Assembly: GCA_964518505.1 (NCBI GenBank)
Contig: CAZFGT010000001.1
Span: forward strand, 8 to 64,007
Source of the DNA: an uncultured Anaerolineaceae bacterium
GTDB taxonomy: Bacteria > Chloroflexota > Limnocylindria > Limnocylindrales > CSP1-4
Direction: 5' to 3'
Length of the DNA: 64,000 nucleotides
In this document: in pieces, positions 9,865-20,011 of the stretch
How positions within the stretch are numbered: the stretch's first letter is position 1
How the letters are laid out: each line of letters begins with the position of its first letter
Position numbers and translations under genes: made by a program
The notes under the pieces: model-generated
The model's input: the letters and a program-made list of their open reading frames with translations, nothing else
Database searches by the model: none
Told to the model about the DNA's origin: nothing

Positions 9865-9891
9865 GCTGAGGCCAGCCTCCATACTCGCCGG

Positions 9892-10818
9892 ATGCTCGAG
9901 GAGCTGGTCGACCGGGTCCACGGCTGGGTGCGCGCGACACCGATCGTGCGTCTGGCCGCCCCCACGCTGGCGGCGGCCTGGCACGCGACGGATCGCTCAC
10001 AGCCGCTCTATGCGACGAGACGACGGCTGTGGCAACTCCGCCATGGCCGGCGCAGCCGCTTCCCACTTCGCGTCGGGTTCACGCCCGAGGCGCCGCGCTA
10101 CTTCCACGCGGTCTACATGTTGTGCCAACGCCTGAACGTCGACATCGTCCCCGTCGATGGCGCCGACGTGGTGTTCCACTGGGCCGATGTCACGGTCCGC
10201 GCGGAGCCGCATGACCTGGACCCCACGGCCATCAATGCCCGCGTCCGCGACATCAGCAAGCGCCACGTCAGCGAGGTCCACGCTCAGGTCTTCGGCTACG
10301 ACCTCCAGCCTGACCCCGGCGCCACGGAATACGTCGAGAAATCCGACGCCAACGCCACGCACGATGGTCACGTCGTCGAGCGCGCCTCGGGTGCCGCCGG
10401 CGTCGTCGTCCAGCGTCTCATCGACAACCGGCTCGACGACCACGTGGTCATCGACTATCGCGTGTCGGTGATGGACGGGCGCATCGTCTGTACGCTCCAG
10501 CGCTACCGGCCGGTCGGTGATCGGTTCACCCACGCGGGGCACGTCGTCACGCTGGTGGTCGAGGCAGACAGCACGTTCGACCTGGATGAGCAGGCGCGGC
10601 TCGTCGGGATGTGCGAGGCCATGGGGGTCGACTGGGCGGACCTGGATGTCCTCCGCGACCGGTCGTCCGGCCGCCTCTACGTCGTCGACGTCAATCCCAC
10701 TCGAGGGCCGCCACACCCCAGTCACGTGGGCCCCGAACTGGCCCGGTACTGGCGACTGCAGGAACAGGGTTTCGCTGCCCTCCTCAAAGCCCACGCACGT
10801 CGGCCGCCGGCGTCGTGA
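9892..10818 (+). CDS. Hypothetical ATP-grasp-like protein (paralogue 2)
   Basis: Collinear with 8926-9864: KSDANATHDG, QRLIDNRLD, DLDVLRDRSSGRLYVVDVNPT. Confidence 0.65.
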   Translation: MLEELVDRVHGWVRATPIVRLAAPTLAAAWHATDRSQPLYATRRRLWQLRHGRRSRFPLRVGFTPEAPRYFHAVYMLCQRLNVDIVPVDGADVVFHWADVTVRAEPHDLDPTAINARVRDISKRHVSEVHAQVFGYDLQPDPGATEYVEKSDANATHDGHVVERASGAAGVVVQRLIDNRLDDHVVIDYRVSVMDGRIVCTLQRYRPVGDRFTHAGHVVTLVVEADSTFDLDEQARLVGMCEAMGVDWADLDVLRDRSSGRLYVVDVNPTRGPPHPSHVGPELARYWRLQEQGFAALLKAHARRPPAS

Positions 10819-11427
10819 GGCCGGTGCGGCGCATGAAGAGCCCCCGTCCCGCACCCAGGCAGGACAGGGGCCTTGCACCCACCCGAAGCTGTCGCACCGG
10901 GGGACACCCGGAGAAACGACGCGGCCGGTCGCTTCGTTACGCGGCCGCGCCGGGTCTGGTCACGAGCTGGTCGGCACCGCCGTCGGGGACGTGGCCGGCG
11001 TCACGGTCGGGGCCGAGCTGGCGGCCGGCGTTGACGTGGTCACGGGTGCCATGGTTGGCGACGTGACCGGGGCCACAGAGGCGCTCCGTAGGAGGAGGGA
11101 CGCCCCCGCCGGGTCGGACGGCTCCGCGCTACGGCGAGGTGTGCTCTGATCCCGCGGCCACGCGAAGCCTGGCCATGGTCACGTGGACCGCGTCAGGTGC
11201 GGTGTCTCCGGCCGAGCCCGGGCCGTTGCAAGTCCGTGACGACAGGGACCCGCGACGGCCCTGGGCGCCCAAAGGCCCGACCACCTGCGGTACTGCATGA
11301 CCGCCGGCGACCGGGCCTCTCGGCTATCCAGTTCACCCCTACTCAGCGGGGCGTGTGCTCATCGTGGACCAGCACGGCTGCGCACGTCGTCAACAGTGCG
11401 CACCGCACCCTTACGTTTTCGTGAACG

Positions 11428-11999
11428 TCAGCGCCCCGCCTGGTGCTCATCCTCCGACCAGACGTAGCGGACCGCGCCGTCATCGGCGCACGCGAGCGAC
11501 CGAACGTACCGGCCGCCCGGTAGGTCGATCTCTTCCGCCAGGCCGCGTCCGCGCCCGCCATCCCCGTCCATCGGTCCGCCGACGTAGAGGTAGTGGCCGT
11601 GGGATCCGCGGATGTCGGGCGAGAGCCATCGGATGGCGATCCCCTCGGCGGCGATACGAGCGGCGGCATGGGACGGATAGCCCCGCATCAGCCGCAGGCG
11701 CGTGCCCTTGAGGGTCAGCACGCTGTAATGATCGCTTGAACCTCCATCGGGATGTATGCGGCGCAGGCCCAGCAGGAGCCGGTCGCCGTAGTCGGTGACC
11801 TCGATGACCTGGACCACCTGCCGGGCTGTCCGGTAGCCGCCCAGGGAGCGGAGGACGGCCTCGCGGCCGTGGGAGTCCCACGGCCCGGGAGTGGGAGCCA
11901 GCATCTCGACGTCGGGGTCCAGAAGGTCGCGGATCGCCTCAGGGCCATGGCGCTGAACCGTTCGAAGACCGCCCGGACCCGCTCCTCCAACCGGGCCAT
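11428..11999 (-). pseudogene. SnoaL/NTF2-like gene with an apparent single-base frameshift near 11950
   Basis: One frame gives MARLEERVRAVFERFSA; another continues HGPEAIRDLLDPDVEMLAP...WDSHGREAV. Joined, they form a typical SnoaL-like N-terminus. Confidence 0.5.
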
Positions 12000-12046
12000 C
12001 GTACCCGTGGACACGCCGTCAGCAGGTCCGCTCCTGCGTGCGACCC

Positions 12047-12580
12047 TCAGCCGTCGATGCGAAAGACGGGGTAGGCCGCGGCGATCGGCGCGAACGCCTC
12101 GACGGGGGCCGCGGGATCGACCGGGATGTGCGGGCGCGCTCCGACGGCACGGGCCAGGTACGCCTTGATCACCGGGGCGCGCTCGTCCGGCGGCACCTCG
12201 ACGAGGTGCACCTCGCGTCGTTGCCCGTGGCGGATGACGGCGCGGCCGCCGGCGGCCCTGACATTGCGGACCCACGGCGAGCGCTCACCGAGCATGGAGA
12301 CGAGGTAGCGCTCGCCCTCATGCTCCCCGATGACGAGCGGGATCGAGCCGACGCGTCCGGTGCGATGTCCCGTCGTCTCGAGCGCCACTGCCCAAGACGG
12401 TCCCAGGCCCGATGCGCATGCCGAGGCGTACACGCGCCCGACGGCCCGGCCGGCGCGATTGGGCCGCCCGGCCCGGTAGAAGAGGCGGTTGCCGTTCCGG
12501 TGGGATGCGCTGCGCAGGTAGAGCCCGTAGGCACACGCCAGCCCAAGGACGCCGACCAGGAGCAAGCGTGAGGTTCTCAC
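12047..12580 (-). CDS. Deazaflavin (F420H2)-dependent nitroreductase family protein (DUF385/Ddn-like)
   Basis: LETTGHRTG...PLV...ERYLVSMLG...WVRNVRAAGG and YPVFRI motifs. Start (GTG 12580 versus ATG 12637) is uncertain. Confidence 0.8.
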   Translation of the reverse strand: MRTSRLLLVGVLGLACAYGLYLRSASHRNGNRLFYRAGRPNRAGRAVGRVYASACASGLGPSWAVALETTGHRTGRVGSIPLVIGEHEGERYLVSMLGERSPWVRNVRAAGGRAVIRHGQRREVHLVEVPPDERAPVIKAYLARAVGARPHIPVDPAAPVEAFAPIAAAYPVFRIDG

Positions 12581-12754
12581 CGAGCGACCAGCATGCGCGC
12601 TCGCCGCGGCGGGCCTGAGGAGTCGGACGACCCGCATTCAGGGGCACAACGACCGCTTCGGATGTACGACGCGGGGCTAGGGCCGCCCTAGCGGACGGCA
12701 TGCCGTCCTATGGACGACCGCGCAGGAGCGAGACCCGGAACGCGCTCAGCAGAG

Positions 12755-12831
<77 letters not shown>

Positions 12832-12856
12832 AGGTGACCGATGGTACCCCAGCCGC

Positions 12857-13237
12857 CTACAGGACGAAGGCGGCCACGATGGCGATGAGGGGCGGCACGG
12901 CCTGCAGCGCGGCGGCGGCGGCCAGGCGCCGGTTCGTGGTGCCGAGCACGACGCCGGCTCCCAGCATGCAGGCGCAGGCAAAGACGACGATGGCGCACCC
13001 CGCGGGCTGGTGGCCGCTCGCCACGAGCAGCAACCCGGCCACGACGCCCGCGGCCAGGAAGAGGTTGTAGAAGCCCTGGTTGAAGGCCATCGGCCGGACG
13101 GCCTCGGCTGCCTCCGCGGACCGCAGGCCAAAGCGGCCCCATACGGTCGGCCGGGCGAAGATCAGGCTCTCCAGGACGAAGAACCACACGTGGATGGCGG
13201 CCGCCACGAGCGCGGCGGCCACGGCGATGATCGGCAT
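12857..13237 (-). CDS. DUF1304 family membrane protein
   Basis: [12 protein letters not shown] and [15 protein letters not shown] motifs; start at the ATG 6 nt after CAGAAT. Confidence 0.85.
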   Translation of the reverse strand: MPIIAVAAALVAAAIHVWFFVLESLIFARPTVWGRFGLRSAEAAEAVRPMAFNQGFYNLFLAAGVVAGLLLVASGHQPAGCAIVVFACACMLGAGVVLGTTNRRLAAAAALQAVPPLIAIVAAFVL

Positions 13238-13297
13238 CCCGGCATTCTGGGGCACGGAGGCCGCCGGCGATACGCCCAGCGGCCGGACCGTCGGGGC

Positions 13298-14236
13298 CTA
13301 GACGATCCCCGAGCGGCGGCGACCGGCGGCGAGCTCGCCCTGGAGGCGTTCCTCCGCGCGCAACTGGGCCGTGTTGATGTCGCCCTCGGGGCCGGGGCTG
13401 GCCCAGCCGAAGGAGAGCTGCAAGGCGACGGCGCCGGCCTGGAGCCAGACGTCGCACGCGGCACGGACGCGCTCGACGTAGTTGATGGCGCGGACCTCAT
13501 CGGTCTCGGGCAGGAGCACGGCGAACCGGGCCGGGCCGACGCGGGCGATGATGTCGACCGCGCGGGCCTGGCGCTTGAGCACCTGGCCGATGGCCGGCAC
13601 GATGCGCCCCGCGGCGCTGGCCCCGACGCGGTCGGCCAGGCGATCCAGGCCGTCGAGCTCGGCGAAGACGATGGCGAACGGGCGACCGTAGCGGCGCAGG
13701 CGGACCGCTTCCTCGCGGATGTGACGATCCCAGGCGAAGGCGCTCTCCAGGCCGGTCACCGGATCGTGCAGCGGATCCAGCGGCGCCTGGAGTTCGAAGC
13801 CGGGCGCGTCCCAGGGGATCTCCTCCTCCACCGGCGCGGCCGGGGGCGGGGCGATGAAAGCAGGCGCTGCGGCGACCGGGGCCGGGGCCGGCGGTTCGGG
13901 GGCGGCCGCAAGCGGTGTGGGTGCCGGCTCGGGGCTCGGTGCGACCGACGGCGGGGGCGCGTCCGCTGACGGCGCCTCGGCCACGACGCTCTCCGGCTGC
14001 AGCAGGCCATAGGCGTCCATCCGCGGGCCGGAGATGGCCCGTTCCAGGCGCGTGGCATCGGCCATCTGGCCCACTTCGGCGGCAGGCCCGCCGGCGGTCG
14101 GGCGCGGCTCCTGGGTCGCGAGCGTCTCCGGCGCATGGCGGCGCCGGACCCACAGGTTCACCACGAGCAACCCCATGATGACCAGGTTGGCGACGATCGC
14201 CACGATGAGGACGGTGATGACGGCATCAGTCGGCAT
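13298..14236 (-). CDS. Membrane-anchored degenerate GGDEF-domain protein
   Basis: N-terminal TM helix, Pro/Ala linker, HDPVTGL, and [21 protein letters not shown] where GGDEF is replaced by GPARF. Confidence 0.8.
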   Translation of the reverse strand: MPTDAVITVLIVAIVANLVIMGLLVVNLWVRRRHAPETLATQEPRPTAGGPAAEVGQMADATRLERAISGPRMDAYGLLQPESVVAEAPSADAPPPSVAPSPEPAPTPLAAAPEPPAPAPVAAAPAFIAPPPAAPVEEEIPWDAPGFELQAPLDPLHDPVTGLESAFAWDRHIREEAVRLRRYGRPFAIVFAELDGLDRLADRVGASAAGRIVPAIGQVLKRQARAVDIIARVGPARFAVLLPETDEVRAINYVERVRAACDVWLQAGAVALQLSFGWASPGPEGDINTAQLRAEERLQGELAAGRRRSGIV

Positions 14237-14398
14237 ATGCGTTGGTGAACGATCTCCGCGATGGAGGGATGAGTCCGAGCCCGAGTGTAGACGGCCTCGC
14301 CGGACGCGGACCATTTGCCGGCTGTCGCCGGACCATGTTCCGTTGACGCCTCACAACGCGTGGTGCGGTGCAGGGGGGTGTGGGGCGGGGGCGCTTCG

Positions 14399-16015
14399 TC
14401 AGGGCCCGCGGCGAGGCCGCGCGCCCGATGCGGCGCGGCCCGTCCGGGTGGCGCGACCCGGCCGCCCTGATGGGCCCGCTCGTCGCAATCGTGGCAGCTC
14501 CACCTTGGACCGCTCGCGGAAGACGAGACGGAGCGGGGTGCCATCGAAGCCGAAGCGCGTGCGCAGCTCGTTCTCCAGGTAGCGCCGGTAGCTGAAATGC
14601 ACGCGGTCCGCATCGCGGGCGAAGAAGACGAACGTCGGCGGGGCAACGGTGGCCTGGGTGGCGAAGAGGACCTTGGGTCGCTTGCCCTTCACCATCGGCG
14701 GCGTCTGACGGAAGGTGGCCTCGGCGACCATGCGGTTGAGTTCGGCGGTCGGGATGCGGCGACGGCGCTCGGCCGCGATGTCGACCGCCAGCTCAAGGAC
14801 CCGCTCCACGCGCTGGCCGGTGCGGGCGCTGATCGACACGACCGGAGCGAAGTCCAGGAAGGGGACCTGCGCCCGCAGGCGGGCGGCGAACTCGTCGAAC
14901 GTGCGGTCCGTCTTCTCCGCCAGGAGGTCCCACTTGTTGACGGCCACCACGAGGCCCTTGCCCTCCTCCACGACGTAGCCCGCCACGTGCGCGTCCTGGG
15001 CCGTCAGGCCGTCGACCGCATCGATCACCAGGACAGCCACATCGGCCCGCCCGATGGCCTTCAACGCGCGAAGGCTCGAGTAGCGCTCGGCAGCGGGTCC
15101 GCCGGCGACCCTGCCGCGCCGCCGGATGCCGGCCGTGTCGATGAGGCGCAGCGGCTGCCCGTGCCAGTCCAGGGAGGTGTCGATGGCGTCGCGAGTGGTG
15201 CCCGCGGTCTCGCTCACGATGACCCGCTCGTGGCCGAGCAGCGCGTTGAGCAACGAGCTCTTGCCCACGTTGGGCCGGCCCACGATGGCGATGCTGATGG
15301 GGCCGCGGGCGATGTCATCGGCCGCCACACGAGCGTCCCAGGCGGCGGCCGCCTCGTCCGGCGTGGGTGGTGGGCCCGCGGGCCCGAAGTCGGCCTCGTC
15401 CTCCGCCGCGGCCGCGGCCTCCTCCTCCTGCGCCTTGCGGGCCACCTCGGCGGTGGACTCGGGCGGCAGGGCCCACACGACCGCGTCCATCAGGTCGCCG
15501 GAGCCGCGCCCGTGCAGCGCGCTGAGGGCGTACAACTCCTCCCAGCCCAGGCGGTTGAACTCCGCGCCCTGCGCCTCCAGCCGCTCGCTGTCGGCCTTGT
15601 TGACGGCCACCAGGATGGGCACGCTCGAGCGACGCAGCAGCTCGGCGGCCTCCTGGTCGGCCGGTGTCTCCCCGACCCCCGCGTCGACGACGAACACGAT
15701 GACGTCGGCCTCGGCGATGGCCAGCCGCGCCTGCTCCTGGACCTTGGCCTCGATGACGTCGCCGGGATGCTGTTCCAGGCCGCCCGTGTCGACCACGATG
15801 AAGCGGCGGCCGTTCCATTCCGCCACGGCGTAAAGGCGGTCACGCGTGGTACGGGCACGATCCTCCACGATCGCCGTGCGCTCCCCCACGATGCGGTTGA
15901 AGAGCGTGCTCTTGCCCACATTGGGCCGTCCCACGAGGGCTACGACGGGCAGCCCGGCGAGCGGCGCGGTGCGGTCCAGCACGCCCCGCGAGCGCGACGA
16001 ACGACGTGTCGCCAC
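14399..16015 (-). CDS. der: Ribosome biogenesis GTPase Der (EngA)
   Basis: Two GRPNVGKS G1 motifs, DTGG/DTAG, NKAD/NKWD and a C-terminal KH-like domain ([10 protein letters not shown]). Confidence 0.97.
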   Translation of the reverse strand: MATRRSSRSRGVLDRTAPLAGLPVVALVGRPNVGKSTLFNRIVGERTAIVEDRARTTRDRLYAVAEWNGRRFIVVDTGGLEQHPGDVIEAKVQEQARLAIAEADVIVFVVDAGVGETPADQEAAELLRRSSVPILVAVNKADSERLEAQGAEFNRLGWEELYALSALHGRGSGDLMDAVVWALPPESTAEVARKAQEEEAAAAAEDEADFGPAGPPPTPDEAAAAWDARVAADDIARGPISIAIVGRPNVGKSSLLNALLGHERVIVSETAGTTRDAIDTSLDWHGQPLRLIDTAGIRRRGRVAGGPAAERYSSLRALKAIGRADVAVLVIDAVDGLTAQDAHVAGYVVEEGKGLVVAVNKWDLLAEKTDRTFDEFAARLRAQVPFLDFAPVVSISARTGQRVERVLELAVDIAAERRRRIPTAELNRMVAEATFRQTPPMVKGKRPKVLFATQATVAPPTFVFFARDADRVHFSYRRYLENELRTRFGFDGTPLRLVFRERSKVELPRLRRAGPSGRPGRATRTGRAASGARPRRGP

Positions 16016-16017
16016 GG

Positions 16018-16992
16018 TCAGGCGGCGCCGGCGATGTCGCGAGGGCGCGCGCCGCCGATCGAGGAGCTGCGGTAGGCCGCCTCGGCCACGGCCTGGAGGG
16101 CTTCGTGCGCCAGGCGCCGGGCGTCCACCTGTACGGCAGGGGTGCCGGCCAGCTCATAGATCCGCGCCGCGACCGCCTCCAGGTCCTCGATGGGGGTGCT
16201 CGTGCCGCCGGAGACGCCGACGAGGCGCGCGTCGCCGAAGGCGGCCGCATCGGCCAGGTCGGCGGCCGATTCGATCTGCAGGACCGGCGTCCCGGCGATC
16301 TCGCAGAGACGCGTCAGCTCGCGGGTGTTGGCGCTGCTCCGACCGCCCACCACGACCATCTGCTCGACGCGCCCGGCGAGTTCCAGGGTGTCTTCCTGGC
16401 GCCGGATGGTGACCGGGCACACGGTGTTGATGATCTTCAGCTCGTGGCTGCGCGACACGAGGAAGGCGGCCAGCTGCTCGAACTTCCACGGCGGCTGGGT
16501 GGACTGGCTGATGAGCGCCATCCGCTTGCGCCGGGGGATGCGCACCCACTCCTCCTGCTCGTCGACCACGATGGCGTCCGGGGCGAAGCCCAGCAAGCCC
16601 ACCGTCTCGGGGTGGTTGGGCGTGCCGAGGAGCACGATGGTGTAGCCGTCCTCGACGAGGCGCTCCATCTCCTTCTGCTCCTGCAGGACCCAGGTGCAGG
16701 TGCCGTCGATGACCTCCAGGCCGCGGCCCTGCGCCTCCGCCATCGTCTCCGGCGTGACGCCGTGGGCGCGGATCACGATGGCCGCCCCCGACTCCACCTG
16801 GCCAAGCGTCTCGACAGCGTGGATGCCCTGGGCGTCGAGCTCGGCGATGACGCCCGTGTTGTGCACGACCTGCCCCAACGTGTGGGTCCGCTTGCCCTGC
16901 GCGGCGGCGAGCTTGGCGTAATCGATGGCCTCGCGCACGCCGTAGCAGAAGCCCGTGCGCTTGGCGATGAGGACCTGTTCCACGCGTGCCAT
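16018..16992 (-). CDS. ispH: 4-hydroxy-3-methylbut-2-enyl diphosphate reductase
   Basis: GFCYGV, IRAHG, DGTC, HPE, NTVC, SSANT and GGTSTP motifs. Confidence 0.95.
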   Translation of the reverse strand: MARVEQVLIAKRTGFCYGVREAIDYAKLAAAQGKRTHTLGQVVHNTGVIAELDAQGIHAVETLGQVESGAAIVIRAHGVTPETMAEAQGRGLEVIDGTCTWVLQEQKEMERLVEDGYTIVLLGTPNHPETVGLLGFAPDAIVVDEQEEWVRIPRRKRMALISQSTQPPWKFEQLAAFLVSRSHELKIINTVCPVTIRRQEDTLELAGRVEQMVVVGGRSSANTRELTRLCEIAGTPVLQIESAADLADAAAFGDARLVGVSGGTSTPIEDLEAVAARIYELAGTPAVQVDARRLAHEALQAVAEAAYRSSSIGGARPRDIAGAA

Positions 16993-17062
16993 CTCACGTT
17001 CGAGTATGGCATGCCCCCGCCTGACGGCCCCTCGCGGGGCCCCGGGATGACCTCCTCGCGGG

Positions 17063-17713
17063 CTAGGGCGCGGCGGACTTCATGGAGCGGGTCAGGGACT
17101 GTCCGGCGGCGTCGACGAGGTAGCAGATCACGGTCCGGTCACCGCTCGCCCAGCCCGTGTCGAGGGGGAAGAAGTAGCCCGCGTCGAGGGTCGTGGCATC
17201 GTCGAAGGAGATGCCCGTGTAGGCCTGGAAGCTCGCCGAACAGCGGTCCGCAGCGAACGTGTCGAAGGCGTCCGTGGGCGGATACGTGTCCGAGGCGGCG
17301 GCCGGATAGGTGAGGACGGCGAAGACCTCGCCGCCGTGCGCCTGGGTGCACGGGTGGTGCTGGACGTCGCCCACGCTCGACGAGGCCGTCGCATCCGCGG
17401 GCAGGTCGAAGCAGTCACCCACGCGGAGGTCGCCGGCGTTGGCGCTGAGCTGGTCCCGGAACACGGCCACCCCGGCGCCGACCACGAGCACGAAGACGAC
17501 CACGACGCCGACGATGACGAGACCCCGCCAGCGCCCCAGCCGCGACGTCCTGGGGGCTGCCCACGCGCCAGTGGGGGGCGTCACGCCGCCGGTGGGAGCC
17601 ATCGGTGGGCCCCCGGCGGGCGGCATCTGCGGCGCCGCCCATCCGGGGACGTCTTCCGGCGTCGAGGCGGGCTCGGGCGTGGCGGCGGGGGTTGGTTGCG
17701 GTGTCTCGTCCAC
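17063..17713 (-). CDS. Membrane protein with a septum-formation-type Cys domain
   Basis: Pro-rich N-terminus, TM helix, VGDCFD...PCTQAHGGEV...RC...DRTVICYL. Confidence 0.75.
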   Translation of the reverse strand: MDETPQPTPAATPEPASTPEDVPGWAAPQMPPAGGPPMAPTGGVTPPTGAWAAPRTSRLGRWRGLVIVGVVVVFVLVVGAGVAVFRDQLSANAGDLRVGDCFDLPADATASSSVGDVQHHPCTQAHGGEVFAVLTYPAAASDTYPPTDAFDTFAADRCSASFQAYTGISFDDATTLDAGYFFPLDTGWASGDRTVICYLVDAAGQSLTRSMKSAAP

Positions 17714-17772
17714 GATGACCTCTTGGCATGCTCGGTCCTGGCCGGCCATGTAGGCAGGTCACGGGGGCCCTG

Positions 17773-18522
17773 TCAAGGACCCCTTTCGGCGACGCTGGGT
17801 GGTGTGGCGGTCGTTCCGTCGCCCCACCTCCCACGCTGCGCGGACGCCAAGAGTGCGGCCAGGCGGGTCATGATCTCGGCGGTCCCCGCCTCCGTCCGCT
17901 GGCGTCGCTGGGCGGCGCCGGTCTGGCCCGGCTCGCCGTCCCCGCTGGCGATGGTGAACGGCTCGCCGACCCGGATCGTGATACGGGTCCCGAACGCCGG
18001 GACACGCCTCGCCCGCGGCAGGAAGCGCTGGGCCCCGGAGATGCCGACCGGCAGGATGGGCACGCCGGCCCGCAGGGCCAGGAGGGCGACCCCCGGGTGG
18101 GCCTCGCCAAGCAGGCCGTCGACGCTGCGCGTGCCCTCGGGGAAGAGGCCCACGACCCCTCCCCCGCGCAGCACCACGAGCGCGTCGTGGTACGCCTGCA
18201 CGTCGCTGCCGCCGGCCCGCACGAGGATCGCCCCGGCATGTCCCAGGAGCGGCCGGAGGGCCGGCACGAAGAGCTGTTCCTTGGCCAGGAACTGGATCGG
18301 CCGCCCCAGGCGCGGCTGGAGCCAGGCGCCGACGAGCGGCGGGTCGATGTTGCTGGTGTGGTTGGCGACGAGGAGCAGCGGCCCGGTCTGGGGCAGCGCC
18401 ACCGGTCCCTCGTAGCGGACCCGCGCCACGGCCCCGAAGACGCCACGCAGGACGAGCGAAGCGAGTCGCAGGAACGGGCTCGTCGAGGTGAGGACGCGCA
18501 CCGGGCTGCGCTCAGCCGGCAT
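17773..18522 (-). CDS. plsC: Lysophospholipid acyltransferase (PlsC family)
   Basis: NHTSNID (HX4D) and FPEGTRS motifs. Confidence 0.9.
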   Translation of the reverse strand: MPAERSPVRVLTSTSPFLRLASLVLRGVFGAVARVRYEGPVALPQTGPLLLVANHTSNIDPPLVGAWLQPRLGRPIQFLAKEQLFVPALRPLLGHAGAILVRAGGSDVQAYHDALVVLRGGGVVGLFPEGTRSVDGLLGEAHPGVALLALRAGVPILPVGISGAQRFLPRARRVPAFGTRITIRVGEPFTIASGDGEPGQTGAAQRRQRTEAGTAEIMTRLAALLASAQRGRWGDGTTATPPSVAERGP

Positions 18523-20011
18523 GTCCGCCTCCGGCGCGCTCGGCGGCCCGCACGCGGGCGACCACGCTGCGGACCGTGTGATCGAACGTCCGGCCGTCGC
18601 TGCGCACGATGACCGCGTCGAGGGGCACCCGCAGCGGCCCCACCGCCCGCTCGCTGTCGAGGGCGTCGCGCTGGCGCAGGTCGGCCAGGACCGCGGTCGC
18701 AGCCGGACTGCGCGGGTCGAGCGCGCGCTGCGCGATGCGGCGCTGGGCTCGCTCCTCCACGCTGACGTCCAGGTACAGCTTGAGGTCGGCGTCGGGCAGG
18801 ATGGCCGTGCCGATGTCGCGGCCGGCCATGATGATGCGCCCGGGTGCGGCGATGGCCCGCTGGACGGGCTGCAGGGCGGCCCGCACGGCGGGATGCTGGG
18901 CCACCTGGCTGACGTGGCGATCGACGGGCGTCTCGTGGACGGCGGTGGTCACGTCCATCCCGTCGGCCGTGACACGGGTCAGCCCCCCGTGGTCGTTGGG
19001 CGCCAGGACCACCTCCGGCACGAGAGCGGCCAGGGCAGCCCCATCGTCGAGGGCCGTCCCGCGCTCCAGGGCCAGCCAGGTCAGGGCCCGGTACAGCAAC
19101 CCGGTGTCGCAGAAGCGGTAGCCCAGGCGGAGCGCTGCGGCGCCCCCGACCGTGCTCTTGCCGCTCGAGGCTGGCCCGTCCAGGCTGACGATGAGGCCCG
19201 GCCGGGCTGCGTCGCGGTGCGCCGTGGTGCCGGGCGCCCCGCCGGCCCCCGGACCGCCCAGCCGGCGGACCTCGGCGGGCTCGAGCTCGCGCGCCTCACC
19301 CGACGCCAGGTCGGCCAGCCACAACGTCCCGATGCGCACCCGCACGAGGCGCAGCACCGGCACCCCGACGGCGGCGAACATGCGGCGCAGCTGGCGGCGC
19401 CAGCCCTGGGCGATCGTGACCCGATACCACCCGTCGGGTGTCGGCGGTGGGACGACCGAGGCGGCCAGCTTGGCCGTCTCGGCCGCGGTCGCGGGTCGCA
19501 GGTCGCCGATCTGGGCCAGACCCTCGTCGAGGGCGACGCCGTTGCGCAGCGTGGCAGCCTGCCGCCCGTCGAGGGTCCCCGCCACCTGCACGGCGTACTC
19601 GCGGGCCAGCTCGTGGCTGGGGTGGGCCACCCGCTGCGACCAGTCGCCGTCGTTGGTCAGCAGCACCAGGCCTTCCGAGTCGCGGTCCAGGCGGCCCACG
19701 GGGTAGATGCGGCCGGCCCGCGCCAGGATCGCCGGCGGAACGAGGTCGATGACCGTCCGCGCGGCGTGGCGGTCGCGGACCGTGCTCGTCACGCCGACGG
19801 GCTTGTTGAGCGCCAGGTACACGTGACCGGCCGGGGCGCGCAGTGGCCGCCCGTCGACCAGGATGCGCGCTGCGCGCGGATCGACGCGCTGGCCAAGATG
19901 GGCGGGGACGCCATCGACCTGGACGCGCCCGGCGACGATAAGGGCCTCCGCCCCCCGGCGGGACGCCACCCCGGCATCGGCGAGGACCTTCTGCAGCCGG
20001 ACCTCAGCCAT
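18512..20011 (-). CDS. cmk: Fused rRNA pseudouridine synthase (RluB-like) and cytidylate kinase
   Basis: S4 domain RLQKVLADAGVASRR, VGRLDRDSEGL, then LDGPASSGKST, FCDTGLLYRA and GRDIGT in one uninterrupted frame. Confidence 0.92.
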   Translation of the reverse strand: MAEVRLQKVLADAGVASRRGAEALIVAGRVQVDGVPAHLGQRVDPRAARILVDGRPLRAPAGHVYLALNKPVGVTSTVRDRHAARTVIDLVPPAILARAGRIYPVGRLDRDSEGLVLLTNDGDWSQRVAHPSHELAREYAVQVAGTLDGRQAATLRNGVALDEGLAQIGDLRPATAAETAKLAASVVPPPTPDGWYRVTIAQGWRRQLRRMFAAVGVPVLRLVRVRIGTLWLADLASGEARELEPAEVRRLGGPGAGGAPGTTAHRDAARPGLIVSLDGPASSGKSTVGGAAALRLGYRFCDTGLLYRALTWLALERGTALDDGAALAALVPEVVLAPNDHGGLTRVTADGMDVTTAVHETPVDRHVSQVAQHPAVRAALQPVQRAIAAPGRIIMAGRDIGTAILPDADLKLYLDVSVEERAQRRIAQRALDPRSPAATAVLADLRQRDALDSERAVGPLRVPLDAVIVRSDGRTFDHTVRSVVARVRAAERAGGGHAG

